From: Cyanidioschyzon merolae
Taxonomy: Eukaryota
Length of the DNA stretch: 64,000 nucleotides
Direction: 5' to 3' (one strand)
NCBI GenBank assembly: GCA_000091205.1
Contig: AP006491.2
Shown here: positions 1 to 10,700 of the stretch, one piece after another
Layout: each line of letters starts with the position of its first letter
Position numbering within the stretch: position 1 is the stretch's first letter
Notes under the pieces: generated by a model
Database searches by the model: none
The model's input: only the letters and a program-made list of their open reading frames with translations
What the model was told of the DNA's origin: nothing
Translations under genes and position numbers: made by a program

Positions 1-2700
1 AGAGCACCCCAGCGGGAACTCAAGAAAGCCGTCGCCAAACCCAGTCACCTACTCACAGCGCTGAAGATCCGAAAAGCCATGAATACAAATCTTTAGACCA
101 ATTGGCATGCGAGTTTATAGATGGGAATCAGAAGATCGCCAGAGAGCTGGGACTGCTTGCACCAGAACGCAATAGTTGCAAACCTCAGTACCTGAAACGA
201 CGTACCAATACTCGGATTGATGAATGCCGCCGACTTAACAAGATCGTCAACCGCACCGCCATACGCGCCAACGCGGGAGACAAGGAAGCGAAGGCAGCGC
301 TACCGGCGCCACAGGCGCAACATGAAGAAGCTATCAAAAGAAAGAAGAAACTTTCCAGAGAAAACAAACGAGAGGATCGAAACCACAAAGTCGCCTCCCT
401 GGCGAAATCTATGCTAGAGAGCATCAACGAAGATGAGACCTGGTGCTCCATCCGATCGAGACTGGACCCACCAAAAAAGTGCCTGGGGCTCACACCAATC
501 GTTTATAAGGAAGCGCTGAGGACGGAGCGTGCCTCAGTGAATGAGGCCTGGACGGACCACGGGCCAGAGCTGCATGAAGACGCAACTGGGCACTGCCGAA
601 ACCGAATCTATTGGCACCAGTATGCCGCAGAACTACCGCGCCTCGAACCGGTACCGGAATGGGACGACCCAATCCTCTGACCTGAATCTGTCCGGACCCT
701 GCTACGCTCAAGCAACCGCAAAACACCTGGCATCGAAGGTATCGCGACGGAGTGGATGAAACTGGTGACCCCAGAAGACGGGACAACAGGGACACCATCG
801 ATACCAAATGAACCTGACACAATCTTAGGCAAACGCCTTCTGGAGCTCATCCAACGCACGTTTGAAGAAGCGTATATCCCGAATGTATGGAGGACTGCCG
901 AGGTCGTACAAATCCTCAAAAAGGACTCCAAACCCCACAGACATGAACAACTACCGGACTATGCGCCTCATCCCGTCAATCATGAAGCTACTTTGCGCCA
1001 TGCTCACGAACCGGATCCAGAGGCGCCTCCAGGAGCGCAAGTTCTTCGCCCCAGAACAGGCTGGATTCCGGAGCTGCGAGGAGTGCATGAGCCATGCCCT
1101 GACCTTCATGGAAGTGGCGCAACGTCGCTTCATTAGCGACCAACAACCAGCTTACGTATGCTTCATCGACTTCCAAGAGGCCTTTGACACGGTCCCGCAT
1201 GAGGCTCTATTTCTCAAGATGGAACGAGCCGGAGTCTCCAGAAAGTGCTTAGCGTTCTTCCGTGCGCTCTATGCAGACTCGTGGATGCGCATCCGACTGG
1301 GCGATGGCTCAAGAATCCCTTCGATAAGGATCTGCCATGGACTGCGACAGAGCGACCGCGCATCCCTGCTCCTTTTCAACATCTTCATCAACGATCTGCT
1401 GAACAATTGCAGACAATACGGGCTTGAGGTGCCGTGGATAGGCTGTGGAGATGCCCGATGAGGAGCGCCCACATAGAAACCGCCTCGCAGGCCGTCTATT
1501 TGCGGACGATGTCGTGCCGTTGGCACCCGCCCCGGAAACGCTTGCGACTAGCATGGAACAAGTCAGCGCCTGGGCCGATCGCTGGGTTATGAGCATAGGA
1601 GCATCGAAGTGCGGCGTCATGGCCATCCATGGAGACTCGCAGAGCATTCGCAATCGCTCGTGGCGGTTGCAGAATCAGGAAATTCCGATCGTGGAAACAT
1701 ATCGCTACCTGGGGGTCTGTCTCACGCCGACGCTCGACGAAAAGGCACACGTTGACGAGATGATCGCCAAGATGCATAGAGGTACAGCGATCGCACGCCC
1801 ATTCCTATCCGATCCCTCTATCCCCTTAGCAATCCGTACGAGGGCGCTAAGGATGTGTATCATCCAGCCTGCGTCCTGGGGTGCTGGGTGGTGCGGCATG
1901 AAGCACACAAATGCCTCGCGTCTGCAGGCAGCCGCCAACAGGGCAATGCGACTCGTTGTTGTTGGGTGCTCAGTACAGAGCAGAGCAACCAACCTGCCTG
2001 GCACTCGGACTTGAACTCCAAATACCCTCGACAGAGGCGATAGCAGCAGGCTGCCGGGCACATGTATGGGCCAAAAAGCCCACTGTGCGCACCAGGTTCA
2101 GTCGGAGTTTCATGCAAACCCCAACGCACCGCAAGATCACTTGGATGAAATCGACGCATATTTGGCTGAAGCGCCTCTTGGGCGAAAACACGCTCCCCAA
2201 TCGTTCCCCAGGAATGTACAAGGCTCCCGCCGCCTCAAGCGAACGGTCCAAACACCAATATGGGAACGTAGACACGGTACCAGTCGCGCTAGTAACGCCG
2301 GCTTGACTCTATACCGGAACTACAACCTAACATACACACGCAAGTACTGGTAGAAAGCGCTGGAATTCCCGGGACTTGCTCGAGGTACCCAGTGGCTCGC
2401 CAAAATCAGCGTTGGTGGCTCCTGGCTACCAGCACCGGCTCTAAGCCGGATAGGAACACTGGAACCACACTGGGAGTCACACTGTCCCTGCTATCGAGAC
2501 GAAATCCCCGAGACGCTGACATATTTACTGTTACAGTGCCCGCGCTGGAAGCAGGAGCGCAGCGAGCTCCTCGAAGGACAGCAGCAGCTCGGCAACACCG
2601 TGATAGTCGAAGGCCGGACATTCACTTTGAGTGCAGCACTGGCAACTGATGGTCCGGTAACGGAGCCTCAGCGCTCATGAGTGGCGAACAAACTCACATG
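1..2700 (+). mobile_element. Non-LTR retrotransposon (LINE), 5'-truncated by the window edge and internally degenerate. Carries an RT domain and a C-terminal CCHC zinc-finger.
   Basis: RT motifs lie in three different + frames: 'IPNVWRTAEVVQILKK' (frame of 756..1136), 'NYRTMRLIPSIMKL...FRSCEECMSHA...CFIDFQEAFDTVPH...LLLFNIFINDL' (862..1461), and 'FADDVVPLAP...SKCGVMAIHGD' (1445..2014), a YxDD-type box. At 2462-2575 the frame that translates to 'HWESHCPCYRDEIPETLTYLLLQCPRWKQERSEL' is the classic non-LTR C-terminal Cys/His finger. Upstream ORF 102..680 is probably the linker/ORF segment 5' of the RT. The 3' boundary is not defined; I see no poly-A tail. Confidence 0.8.
756..2014 (+). pseudogene. 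Reverse-transcriptase ORF of the LINE, disrupted by at least two +1 frameshifts (near 860-900 and 1440-1460).
   Basis: Consecutive RT motif blocks sit in frames 0, +1 and +2 of the same strand. No single intact ORF spans the domain. Confidence 0.75.
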
Positions 2701-3126
2701 CTACCTTCTAGGCGGAAGGTCCAGCGGATCGGATGCGCACACGGGCCCAGTGCGCTCTCTACGCCTACCCACTGTGGTGGGTGTCAAGCACAAACCCGCA
2801 TAGCCAACCGACAACAATGCATTCCATGCATGATCACGAAGGAGAGAGGCGGCTCCCAGAATTCATCCTAACAACCAAGTTTCTCCAGCGTGTCGTGCAG
2901 CGAAGGCAAGCCTGCATCCGCAGACTGTCCGAGCACAATCTGACGACGAATCCCAAGTCTACGTCGGATGAACCACGCCTCGAGCCGATGCCCTCTGGGG
3001 TATAGAAAAGCCGTTCTAGCTCGATGAACTATCAGCTCCAGCGGTTAAGTTCCAAAGTCGTATGATTAGGTTAGGTACTAGGCACACCCGATAGGACGTA
3101 TGAAACGACCAGAATATCCGAGATCA

Positions 3127-3290
3127 AGTATAGATAATGTAACTTGGAGGTAGGTGGTTTGATGGATGCCTCGCCGCGCAATGAAAACATAACACAAAAA
3201 AGTAAGAAAAGAAAAATGCGCATAATCGGAGAAACCTGGCCTATGGAAACGTTTTGTCCATGAAACAAATCTCGCCCGCAGGCGCAAATT
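3127..3290 (-). repeat. Solitary inverted, diverged copy of the 150-bp satellite unit that forms the array at 62809-64000.
   Basis: 'gataatgtaacttggaggtag...gaaaagaaaaatgcgcataatcggagaaacctggcctatggaaacgttttgtccatgaaa' is the reverse complement of the array unit at about 80% identity. The minus-strand ORF 3071..3391 peptide 'LFHGQNVSIGQVSPIMRIFLF' parallels the array ORF 'VFHGENVSLGQRSPIMRIFLFF'. Confidence 0.8.
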
Positions 3291-4102
3291 GAGCTCGTGC
3301 GCGCCCGAGCTCGCCTAATGTTCCGGGTAGCTCGCCGAAACACGCTTGCAGCAGCTCTGTACCGCAAACTTAAAGCGTGCAGACAGCTCAAGAAGTACCT
3401 CTAGCCTTTGTGGAGCAGGTACGCGTTGTCTAGGTAGGCAGTCCGTTTGCGGTCGGCCTCGAACGCCAGACCAATAAATCAGTGTGTGCTCCGAACTGGT
3501 GCGCCTGGTCTCCGGAATCAACAAAATCCTTTCAAAGGTAGCGTGTAAAGTGCTGGCGGTCCACTAGGTCAAGGTGTTGCGTCGGGAAGCGCCCTGATAT
3601 CGGAGGTTTCGCGTAAGTAGGCGGTGCCTGCTGCTGCAGAAGAGGGCAGCGCTCGGGCGTGTGTCAGACAGTGCACAGCTGCAGCTCGGACCTGTGGTGA
3701 CGCTCGCGAACGATTGCAGCCATTGAAGCCATTGTCGCGACACCCAGAGCCGATCTCAGGGCCAGACTCTCTACCGCAGGCAAGGGAGCGCTACCAACAG
3801 GCACTTCGTCGGTGCTGTCGGGACACCGTTTCACGGAACGGCAGCGGCCGTAGCGTCCATTGACGGAAACCTCGAGTTCAAGAAGACGACTGCTCGGACA
3901 ACCTTCGCGTGTTCGCCGGCTCGTTTGCGTATGAAGCTTTGCCTCGACGAGAGAACCTCTAAGCATCGCCCTTCTAGATCTGTTTCTGGATCAATCGAAA
4001 AGTACCCGTGCATGCTTCTAGAAGTTCGCCGCGAGCGGTGTTTTCCTCTTCAGCCTGGATCGCAAACTCGATCTCTCGAGGTCCGCTACAGCGAACGCAC
4101 TG

Positions 4103-5398
4103 TTGTTGTTGATGCCAACAAAACGCACAGGAGCGCAACCGGAGCCGCCTCATGAACCTTGCACCAGCGGAGCGCACGAGTCCCCGAGTCCGAGTGCCGC
4201 CACCCACAGGGAGCACGTGCAAGCGACTAGCCATGAACAATCTTCCGGGACTGTTGCGAGCTCGAGCACCGCCATTTCGACGCAGCAGTCACCGGTAATA
4301 GCCCAGGAACCGGGAGCGACGTATTCGGAAAGGGCAGCGTTTCAGCCCAGCGGAACAGTACTGGTGCCGCTTCAGCAAGTTCAGTGCTTCGTGTGTGGGT
4401 CGCATCTGAGCTACCGACCCGGAAGTGCCTGGATACTCTGCCCGGGGTGTCTTATGGTGCTCAATCTGCAACCATTGCTGGACCCGAGAGCCTTCGCAGG
4501 CTTCACGGTCTGCCCCGGCTGCCAGTTTATGATCTATTTTCCGCTGGACAGTGGACGCACAACTTGTGCGTACTGCTCGCTCAGTATCGAAGTGACGCCT
4601 CCGCAACAAATCAGCTGCGCAGTGTGTCGAGCGTGCCTCTTGTACAACGCCCCTTCCGCCTCGCCCATTATGTGCCTCGTGTGTCAGACTGTGATGCAAC
4701 CAGATGGGCAACCCATTCAGTCACCCTATGTTTCACAACAAGCTGCTCCGGGGGCGGCACCGGGGCCCACGGGTTTGGTGGCACCGCTGGGAGCCTCAAC
4801 AGGAGTGCAGCCGCTGCAAGCAGCCGCCGCATCGCAAATGTCGCCTTTCGGAGCGCTTCCGTACCAACCCCAACCAATTGCATCGCACCTGGAAACGCCG
4901 ACACCTTTTATGTCCCAGAGATTAACCCGGGCGACGCAGCCTGCGACGCATGAGCAGTTCCAAGTGTCGGGTGCTGGCGTCCCCGGCGGTGCATCGGTGC
5001 GTACATACCGCAGAAGAGCGGGTTTCCAACCAAGCGCAGGCGCAGCTGTCGGTAGGACGTCAACGCTAGTGCCTTCTTCAGCGCTGCGCTCGACTGAGCA
5101 TGAACATAGTGGGCGTGGAGGCAGACCCGTATCACCGAGTGCTGTGCGACACGCGGAACTCACGGCTGAAGCGCCCACAGAAACATCATCAGAACAGCCG
5201 CGTACCGTACCCGCCAGATCGGCGCTCACGTCGCCCGCAGTCGAGACGAGCGCTACCACAGAGAGCACCGGCTTTCCCCAGCGGCAAGCAGTCTCCACTT
5301 TACCCACCAGAGGCACGAGCAACTCTAATGAAAGTGCAAGCTCAGGTACCTCCGCAGCGTCAGCGGTATCGCCCCCGTCGATTGCACCGGCGAGTTAA
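4103..5398 (+). CDS. LSD1-type zinc-finger protein: three zf-LSD1-like CxxC-x(12-14)-CxxC fingers followed by a long Ser/Thr/Pro/Ala-rich low-complexity tail.
   Basis: 'CFVCGSHLSYRPGSAWILCPGC', 'CPGCQFMIYFPLDSGRTTCAYC' and 'CAVCRACLLYNAPSASPIMCLVC' match the LSD1 finger pattern C-x2-C-R-x2-L-x-Y-x2-G-A-x-V-x-C-x2-C (plant LSD1/LOL family). The C-terminal half is low complexity and the true stop/extent is less certain. Confidence 0.6.
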   Translation: MLLMPTKRTGAQPEPPHEPCTSGAHESPSPSAATHREHVQATSHEQSSGTVASSSTAISTQQSPVIAQEPGATYSERAAFQPSGTVLVPLQQVQCFVCGSHLSYRPGSAWILCPGCLMVLNLQPLLDPRAFAGFTVCPGCQFMIYFPLDSGRTTCAYCSLSIEVTPPQQISCAVCRACLLYNAPSASPIMCLVCQTVMQPDGQPIQSPYVSQQAAPGAAPGPTGLVAPLGASTGVQPLQAAAASQMSPFGALPYQPQPIASHLETPTPFMSQRLTRATQPATHEQFQVSGAGVPGGASVRTYRRRAGFQPSAGAAVGRTSTLVPSSALRSTEHEHSGRGGRPVSPSAVRHAELTAEAPTETSSEQPRTVPARSALTSPAVETSATTESTGFPQRQAVSTLPTRGTSNSNESASSGTSAASAVSPPSIAPAS

Positions 5399-5428
5399 GA
5401 ACAGCGTCCGCGAGGCAAGCAGCGCCGC

Positions 5429-8302
5429 CTAAGCACCGATCCAGCGCGAAAGGCTGTATGCTTCCCGATGTCGGCGGTATTGCATTAAACAGCCATAGGT
5501 TGGATCAGATATCCCGACGAAAAGGTACTCAGCACGCATGGGCGAAAAACTCACCCCAGCAATTTCGCCGAAAATGTCGAGCACGGTCTCCCAGACATAG
5601 CCGTAGAGGCTCCCGGACAGTCGCGCCTCAGACGCATCCACGAGGGAGTCCGCCTCACTGGTTTCGCGTGAGCCCCCGAATGCATCAACAATATGAACCC
5701 AATCGGCAACCTCTGCGACACAGAGAAAACGCCCATCATCCGAGTATTGCAGGCTGCGAACGGCACCGAGACGCGCGGGAAACACACAACGGAGCGGGGC
5801 ACTCGTTTGACGCACATCCCAGATGCGGAAGGTCCCGTCCTGGTTACCGGTTGCCAACTGGATACCGTTCGGATGCCAAGCTGTTGCGAATGCGTAGTCT
5901 CGATGCCCCTTGAGCTTCTGGACGCATGCCCCGGACTCGTGGTGCACCAACCAAACCTCCGTGTGGTCACCCGCAATAGCCAACAAGGAGCCCGGTTCAG
6001 GATGACGCCACGAGCCTGTTGGCTGCACAGTAACGTGATTCACCGGCCACGGGAAGGGTACCTCCTTCAACAGTGCGTCAGCAGGGGGAGCGTCTTCACC
6101 GCTGCCGCAGCCGCAGCGCTCCAGATCGAAGAGTCGCACGAAGCAGTCGTTGTGCGCGGTGGCCATACGGCGAGCCCTGCCCAAGGATCCCGGTTCCTTC
6201 GCCTCTGTTCGATAAAAGAGTTCTATATAGTTGGTGATGGCGTTTTCGGTATTGCGAGCAACGCGCCAGTCGAACTGGACTGCGCCTGTCTGTGCATCCA
6301 CCGCAATGATTTCCCCAGAAAAGCCACCCGCGACACAGAGCCGTCCATCGGATGCCATGGTACTGACCTGCACCCTTCGTCCGTCGTTCCGATACGGAGG
6401 TGTTCGGTAAAACTCCAGGGGCGACTCGGCTTGCTCAGAGCGCCCCAAGTCTGCCGGGGACAGCGCACGGTGTTCTGCGTCTGTCTCGGGGTCTATGGGT
6501 GAGTCCTGCGCGTCCCCTGCATCCCGGTCGGTGCGCACACGCCAGTCGCTCTCCGAAGCACGAGTCAACCAGCGACCACTGAGGCGCCTTCCCTGGTACC
6601 AGGTCGGCGGTCGCTCTCGAAAGCTGCGCGATAAAGCCGTCGTCGAGAGGCCCAGCATCCTGCTCGTATTCCAGTATACGGTTTGTCCGCTCAGATTCAG
6701 CAAACAGCGCACCTGATGCAGAGAAGGGCAGTAGTGCAGGAGGCAGTTATTCTGGACCAAGTACACATCGTCTTCACTGGTGGCACGCAGCAGGTGGCGC
6801 AACTGGAAGTGTACCACCGAGGGACGCACTCGACGCGTACACTCGACCATGGAGTAGAAAGGTAGTCGGGGGCTCCCAGGCGCCAAGAATGCCCTTTCTG
6901 CCCGGCAAGTAGAGACATCCTCCTTCTTGCTCCAAGAACGAGCCGCGCGCTCATTCGTGCTCCTCGGTGGAACGCACGGCGCACCCGCATGTAGCCACCG
7001 CTGAAGCGAATGGACATCGCTTCGACTTCGGTGACAACGCACTTGTCCGTAGCCACCCAGCACATAAGCTTGCAGGGCTCTCGTGTCACGGGTATCGCAA
7101 CGCGCAGCGACCATTGAGTCAGCAACATTCATATAGTTGGGATACTCACGAATACGCTGATGATGGTGCGCACTCCGTGCACTAGTGTCGCTTCCCCAAG
7201 GTATGCCCTGTGTATCCATAATCGCTCTCGAGGCCCGCACATCACTGAGGTAAATATCTAAGAGGTTGCTCCACTGAAGCACGCCCATGCCCGACGTTTC
7301 GGTTTCCGGAAGCGCCACTTCTCGGAGGGCGAAGATGTCTCCGCCAGCCGGCGATTCATCTTCCATTGACGCCTCCGAGTCGCGGTCATCCTGTTGATGC
7401 CAGTTGAAGAGTTCCTCCAGAGTCCGCACGAGACGCTCAGCAAAGACTTGATCAAGAGGAGGGCGATCCTCAGTGGTCGCAGCAATCTCGGGTGCGTCCG
7501 CGGGCTCTCGGAATACGTCCACTTCCCAGGTTGGTCGATGCAACGCTGGACCTTGACCCCTGTTCAGTGCAGCATTCTCCAGCGCTGGCCAGTGTCGTTG
7601 CGCTCGCCACGCCATGGCACCTCGTCGGGGTGGTATCGGGCGAGGCGGTAGTGCAGTTGCAGAGACGACCTGCGGCCAAAGCACTTCCCGGGCGGTATTC
7701 CGTTGATGAAGCGCCTCCTGCCGGGGGCCGATATCCGCTCCTGGTCCATCAACCCGACGCAGAGGTACTTGAGCTGCATCTTGTCTCGTGACTGGCGATG
7801 ATGCCTGCCCCAGGTGCCTCGTGCTCGTCGTCGCCACTTCATTTCGAGGCGACCGAGTTGCGACCCGTGCGGCGCTCGTCCAGGCCTGTCCAGCTGCAGG
7901 TGAACCAGAGACGTCTGCTGCGGGTGTCTCTGAGTCAGGAGGCACGCCCGATGAACCGGGTTCGTCGACGGCTGCACCTGCAGTAACCAGCTCGTGTGCT
8001 TCGTCGGTCCCTCTCGGGTACTGATCCACTACTTCGGCTCGCAGCGAACTCGCTCGTGCCTGGCGCGTCGCAGGCGAAAATGTTTGCGCTTCCGCAGGTA
8101 AAGCGTCAGAGATGTTCTCGGTTTCGAGCTCATCATTGAATGTTTCACGTGGTCCCCCGGACATGGTACACTCCGCCTGTAGAGCGAACACCAGCGTAGG
8201 ACCCAAATGCCATCTAGACCGTTGCAGGCTTGATGCGCACAGCGTTGGGTGTCGCCAGTCAGATCGGAAGCCAGTTGTGAAGCGATACGACGCAGCGTTC
8301 AT
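5429..8302 (-). CDS. WD40-repeat (beta-propeller) protein, 957 aa, unknown specific function.
   Basis: The C-terminal third has clear WD repeats with GH...WD dipeptides: 'KGHRDYAFATAWHPNGIQLATGNQDGTFRIWDVR', 'LGAVRSLQYSDDGRFLCVAEVADWVHIVD'. The N-terminal two-thirds is low-complexity/acidic. Strong GC3 bias; the + strand ORF 5693..6502 antisense to it is an artefact. Confidence 0.7.
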   Translation of the reverse strand: MNAASYRFTTGFRSDWRHPTLCASSLQRSRWHLGPTLVFALQAECTMSGGPRETFNDELETENISDALPAEAQTFSPATRQARASSLRAEVVDQYPRGTDEAHELVTAGAAVDEPGSSGVPPDSETPAADVSGSPAAGQAWTSAARVATRSPRNEVATTSTRHLGQASSPVTRQDAAQVPLRRVDGPGADIGPRQEALHQRNTAREVLWPQVVSATALPPRPIPPRRGAMAWRAQRHWPALENAALNRGQGPALHRPTWEVDVFREPADAPEIAATTEDRPPLDQVFAERLVRTLEELFNWHQQDDRDSEASMEDESPAGGDIFALREVALPETETSGMGVLQWSNLLDIYLSDVRASRAIMDTQGIPWGSDTSARSAHHHQRIREYPNYMNVADSMVAARCDTRDTRALQAYVLGGYGQVRCHRSRSDVHSLQRWLHAGAPCVPPRSTNERAARSWSKKEDVSTCRAERAFLAPGSPRLPFYSMVECTRRVRPSVVHFQLRHLLRATSEDDVYLVQNNCLLHYCPSLHQVRCLLNLSGQTVYWNTSRMLGLSTTALSRSFRERPPTWYQGRRLSGRWLTRASESDWRVRTDRDAGDAQDSPIDPETDAEHRALSPADLGRSEQAESPLEFYRTPPYRNDGRRVQVSTMASDGRLCVAGGFSGEIIAVDAQTGAVQFDWRVARNTENAITNYIELFYRTEAKEPGSLGRARRMATAHNDCFVRLFDLERCGCGSGEDAPPADALLKEVPFPWPVNHVTVQPTGSWRHPEPGSLLAIAGDHTEVWLVHHESGACVQKLKGHRDYAFATAWHPNGIQLATGNQDGTFRIWDVRQTSAPLRCVFPARLGAVRSLQYSDDGRFLCVAEVADWVHIVDAFGGSRETSEADSLVDASEARLSGSLYGYVWETVLDIFGEIAGVSFSPMRAEYLFVGISDPTYGCLMQYRRHREAYSLSRWIGA

Positions 8303-9218
8303 ATCACGTTGCTCGCCTATGCTTCTGGAACTGATGCGGGGAGACGAGCGAGGAACGCTCTTTTAAGTCATGTTTCGTGTGTGATCGGTCGTCTTGGACA
8401 AGCTGCTGAGCAGAGGACTCAATGGATCGAGAAAAAAAAGGCTACGCTGCGGGCCACAAGCCAGCAGCAAGAAGGCGTTTTTCGGTACTTTTTTTGCTGA
8501 GGTGTTCGCTGTTGGAACAGTGCTTGGTTTCATAAGGCTTAAAGGCTCCATCTAAAGCGTTCTGGAAGCCTGGGCAGGGGTGCAAGCGTACCTGTGCGAC
8601 ACGCGACGCCGAACCAACCCAGAAACTCGTCGATAGTGGACGGGGAACCGGGTAGCGCTTGCCCGCAGCAACTGCACGGCATTGAGCGCGGATAAGCACG
8701 TGTCGGAAAGTAGCATTCGCAAACACTTCAGCTACAGCGCAATCTTTCGACGCTGGAGCTGAATGCAGCTCGGGCCGGAAGCTAGTGTCACGTGCACGCG
8801 GACTGAACTGAGCTAAACTGAACTGAACTGATCTGGTCTTGATGGGCTTCCCTGGCGGGTGCTGGGGCTTGCTTACACAGCATCGATCGCTGCGGATACC
8901 GTGGGATACGAGCGCCTTGCGATAGCGCGTGTCGGGGTCCATGTTGGCCCCTGTTGTGCGTATCTCAGGGGATGAACACATGTTGCGGCGCTACACAAAA
9001 TAGTGCTGATTGGTTACTCGACATATCCGCAACAGTTCGATGCTGCAGCGCAAACACGGTGTCTATCGCGGTCCATTCGGTCGCATCCGGACGCTGTGCA
9101 ATAGTCGCCGCCTAGGATGAATACGATCTGGACTTGTGCTGGAACCCATGATCAGAAATGCGCCCAAGAACGAAAATCTTTGTCATTAAACGACGCGGAA
9201 ACCGAAGCGATCACTGGT

Positions 9219-9872
9219 TTACGTAGTTGCCGTGGTGGCTTCCGAATTCCTGTTGTTCGCCCACGGGGAGACTGCGAACGCGCATCGTTGGTGCCAGTGC
9301 TTCGTGATCGCAGCCCTATCATGCCCCATCAAGTATGTGCAGACTCTTTTGGTACGAGACGAGGTAAAATGGCGTATGGACGCGCTCTCCATGGAGCGCG
9401 CATCGAGTAGGAAAACGGACATGACTATGTAACCTGCAAGTCTCAGAGCGATAAATTCGCGCACATGTCTATCTGCACACTTGCCACGGATTCGATGGAT
9501 CCGACTACATCCCGGAAACGGTGTCCCGTGGAGTACCAGCGTAACTCGCAAGGCGTGCAAACACGGGCCGCTGCCCTGTATTCGCATTGTATCCACGATG
9601 CTCAGCGAACGAAGATACGGAAGCGGGAACTTGGCTGCGAATGCAGTCGATGCTCTCTGGGGTCTGCACGTCGAACCAGGGAAACGCAAGCTCCCCGGCC
9701 TGCTGAGTACTATTGGAGCTGGTTGATGCCAAAGTCTTTCTCGCGCTGCGCAGCTACGTTTTTCGACTCTAGTGCTATTTTGCAGTGCGCGCTCCAGCGA
9801 AAAAAGCGAAGGAATCCCCAGACGCGCGGAACCGGATCCAGTCTCTAAACCGCACCAAATAAGAGTGTCCAA
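9219..9872 (-). CDS. Hypothetical ORF (217 aa) with no recognisable domain; may be non-coding.
   Basis: Longest ORF in the 8.4-10.0 kb intergenic block. No motif I recognise, and codon bias is weaker than in neighbouring genes. Confidence 0.15.
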   Translation of the reverse strand: MDTLIWCGLETGSGSARLGIPSLFSLERALQNSTRVEKRSCAARERLWHQPAPIVLSRPGSLRFPGSTCRPQRASTAFAAKFPLPYLRSLSIVDTMRIQGSGPCLHALRVTLVLHGTPFPGCSRIHRIRGKCADRHVREFIALRLAGYIVMSVFLLDARSMESASIRHFTSSRTKRVCTYLMGHDRAAITKHWHQRCAFAVSPWANNRNSEATTATT

Positions 9873-10074
9873 TCAGTAAACTGGAACGGCCTCGGACACG
9901 AGTCCTTCGTCAGCGTATTTGCTACCGATACGTTCAACGCTTAAACTGTGCTATTTGCGTCTGATTTCGAGCACGAAGGCATCGCGTTCAGCGACTCGGT
10001 CGCAATATTCGACCTGCATCCGTGCACGTACACAGATAACGCTGATATACTGTGTCGCCACCTGTTACATACGG

Positions 10075-10700
10075 ACATATGCACAATACATGGAATCCAT
10101 CATTCACAGGCATGCACAGCACTTGTAATGGATCAAATATGAATATGCACAATACATGGAATCCATCATTCACAGGCATGCACAGCACCTAAAATGGATC
10201 AAATATGAATATGCACAATACATGGAATCCATCATTCACAGGCATGCACAGCACCTAAAATGGATCAAATATGGACATCCACAATACATGGAATCCATCA
10301 TTCACAGGCATGCACAGCACTTGTAATAGATCAAATATGAATATGCACAATACATGGAATCCATCATTCACAGGCATGCAGAGCACTTGTAATGGATCAA
10401 ATATGAATATGCACAATACATGGAATCCATCATTCACAGGCATGCACAGCACCTAAAATGGATCAAATATGGACATCCACAATACATGGAATCCATCATT
10501 CACAGGCATGCACAGCACTTGTAATAGATCAAATATGAATATGCACAATACATGGAATCCATCATTCACAGGCATGCAGAGCACTTGTAATGGATCAAAT
10601 ATGAATATGCACAATACATGGAATCCATCATTCACAGGCATGCACAGCACCTAAAATGGATCAAATATGGACATCCACAATACATGCAATCCATCATCTA
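10075..10700. repeat. Tandem repeat, 66-bp unit, about 9.5 copies, organised as an exact 198-bp (3-unit) higher-order repeat.
   Basis: Unit is 'atatgcacaatacatggaatccatcattcacaggcatgcacagcac[ttgtaa|ctaaaa]tggatcaaatatg[aat|gac]'. ORFs 10255..10452 and 10453..10650 are identical at 198-nt offset, as are 10271..10456 and 10469..10654. Degenerate copies extend upstream to about 9990. Confidence 0.9.

Noticed and set aside
3060-3075. 'ttaggttaggt' telomere-like motif next to the lone satellite unit
   Set aside because: Only two TTAGG units, far too short to call a telomeric repeat; noted only as context for the LINE/satellite finding.
5693-6502. Long ORFs antisense to confirmed genes (e.g. 5693..6502 + inside the WD40 gene, 17459..18175 - inside COQ3, 26949..27836 + inside SKI3, 50612..51241 - inside PEX1, 58731..59345 - inside the 57780 ORF)
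   Set aside because: High GC3 codon bias depletes stop codons on the opposite strand. These ORFs have no motifs and overlap genes with clear homology; they are artefacts.
10255-10650. Repeated identical small proteins (65 aa, 61 aa) in the 66-bp array. Likewise the 104-aa and 77-aa peptides repeated through the 164-bp satellite, and the 'CMYVCMYV' / 'HTYIHTYI' ORFs over (CATA)n.
   Set aside because: They are translations of tandem repeats; the periodicity equals the DNA unit. There is no start context or codon bias, and in the 164-bp case both strands are open. Not protein-coding.
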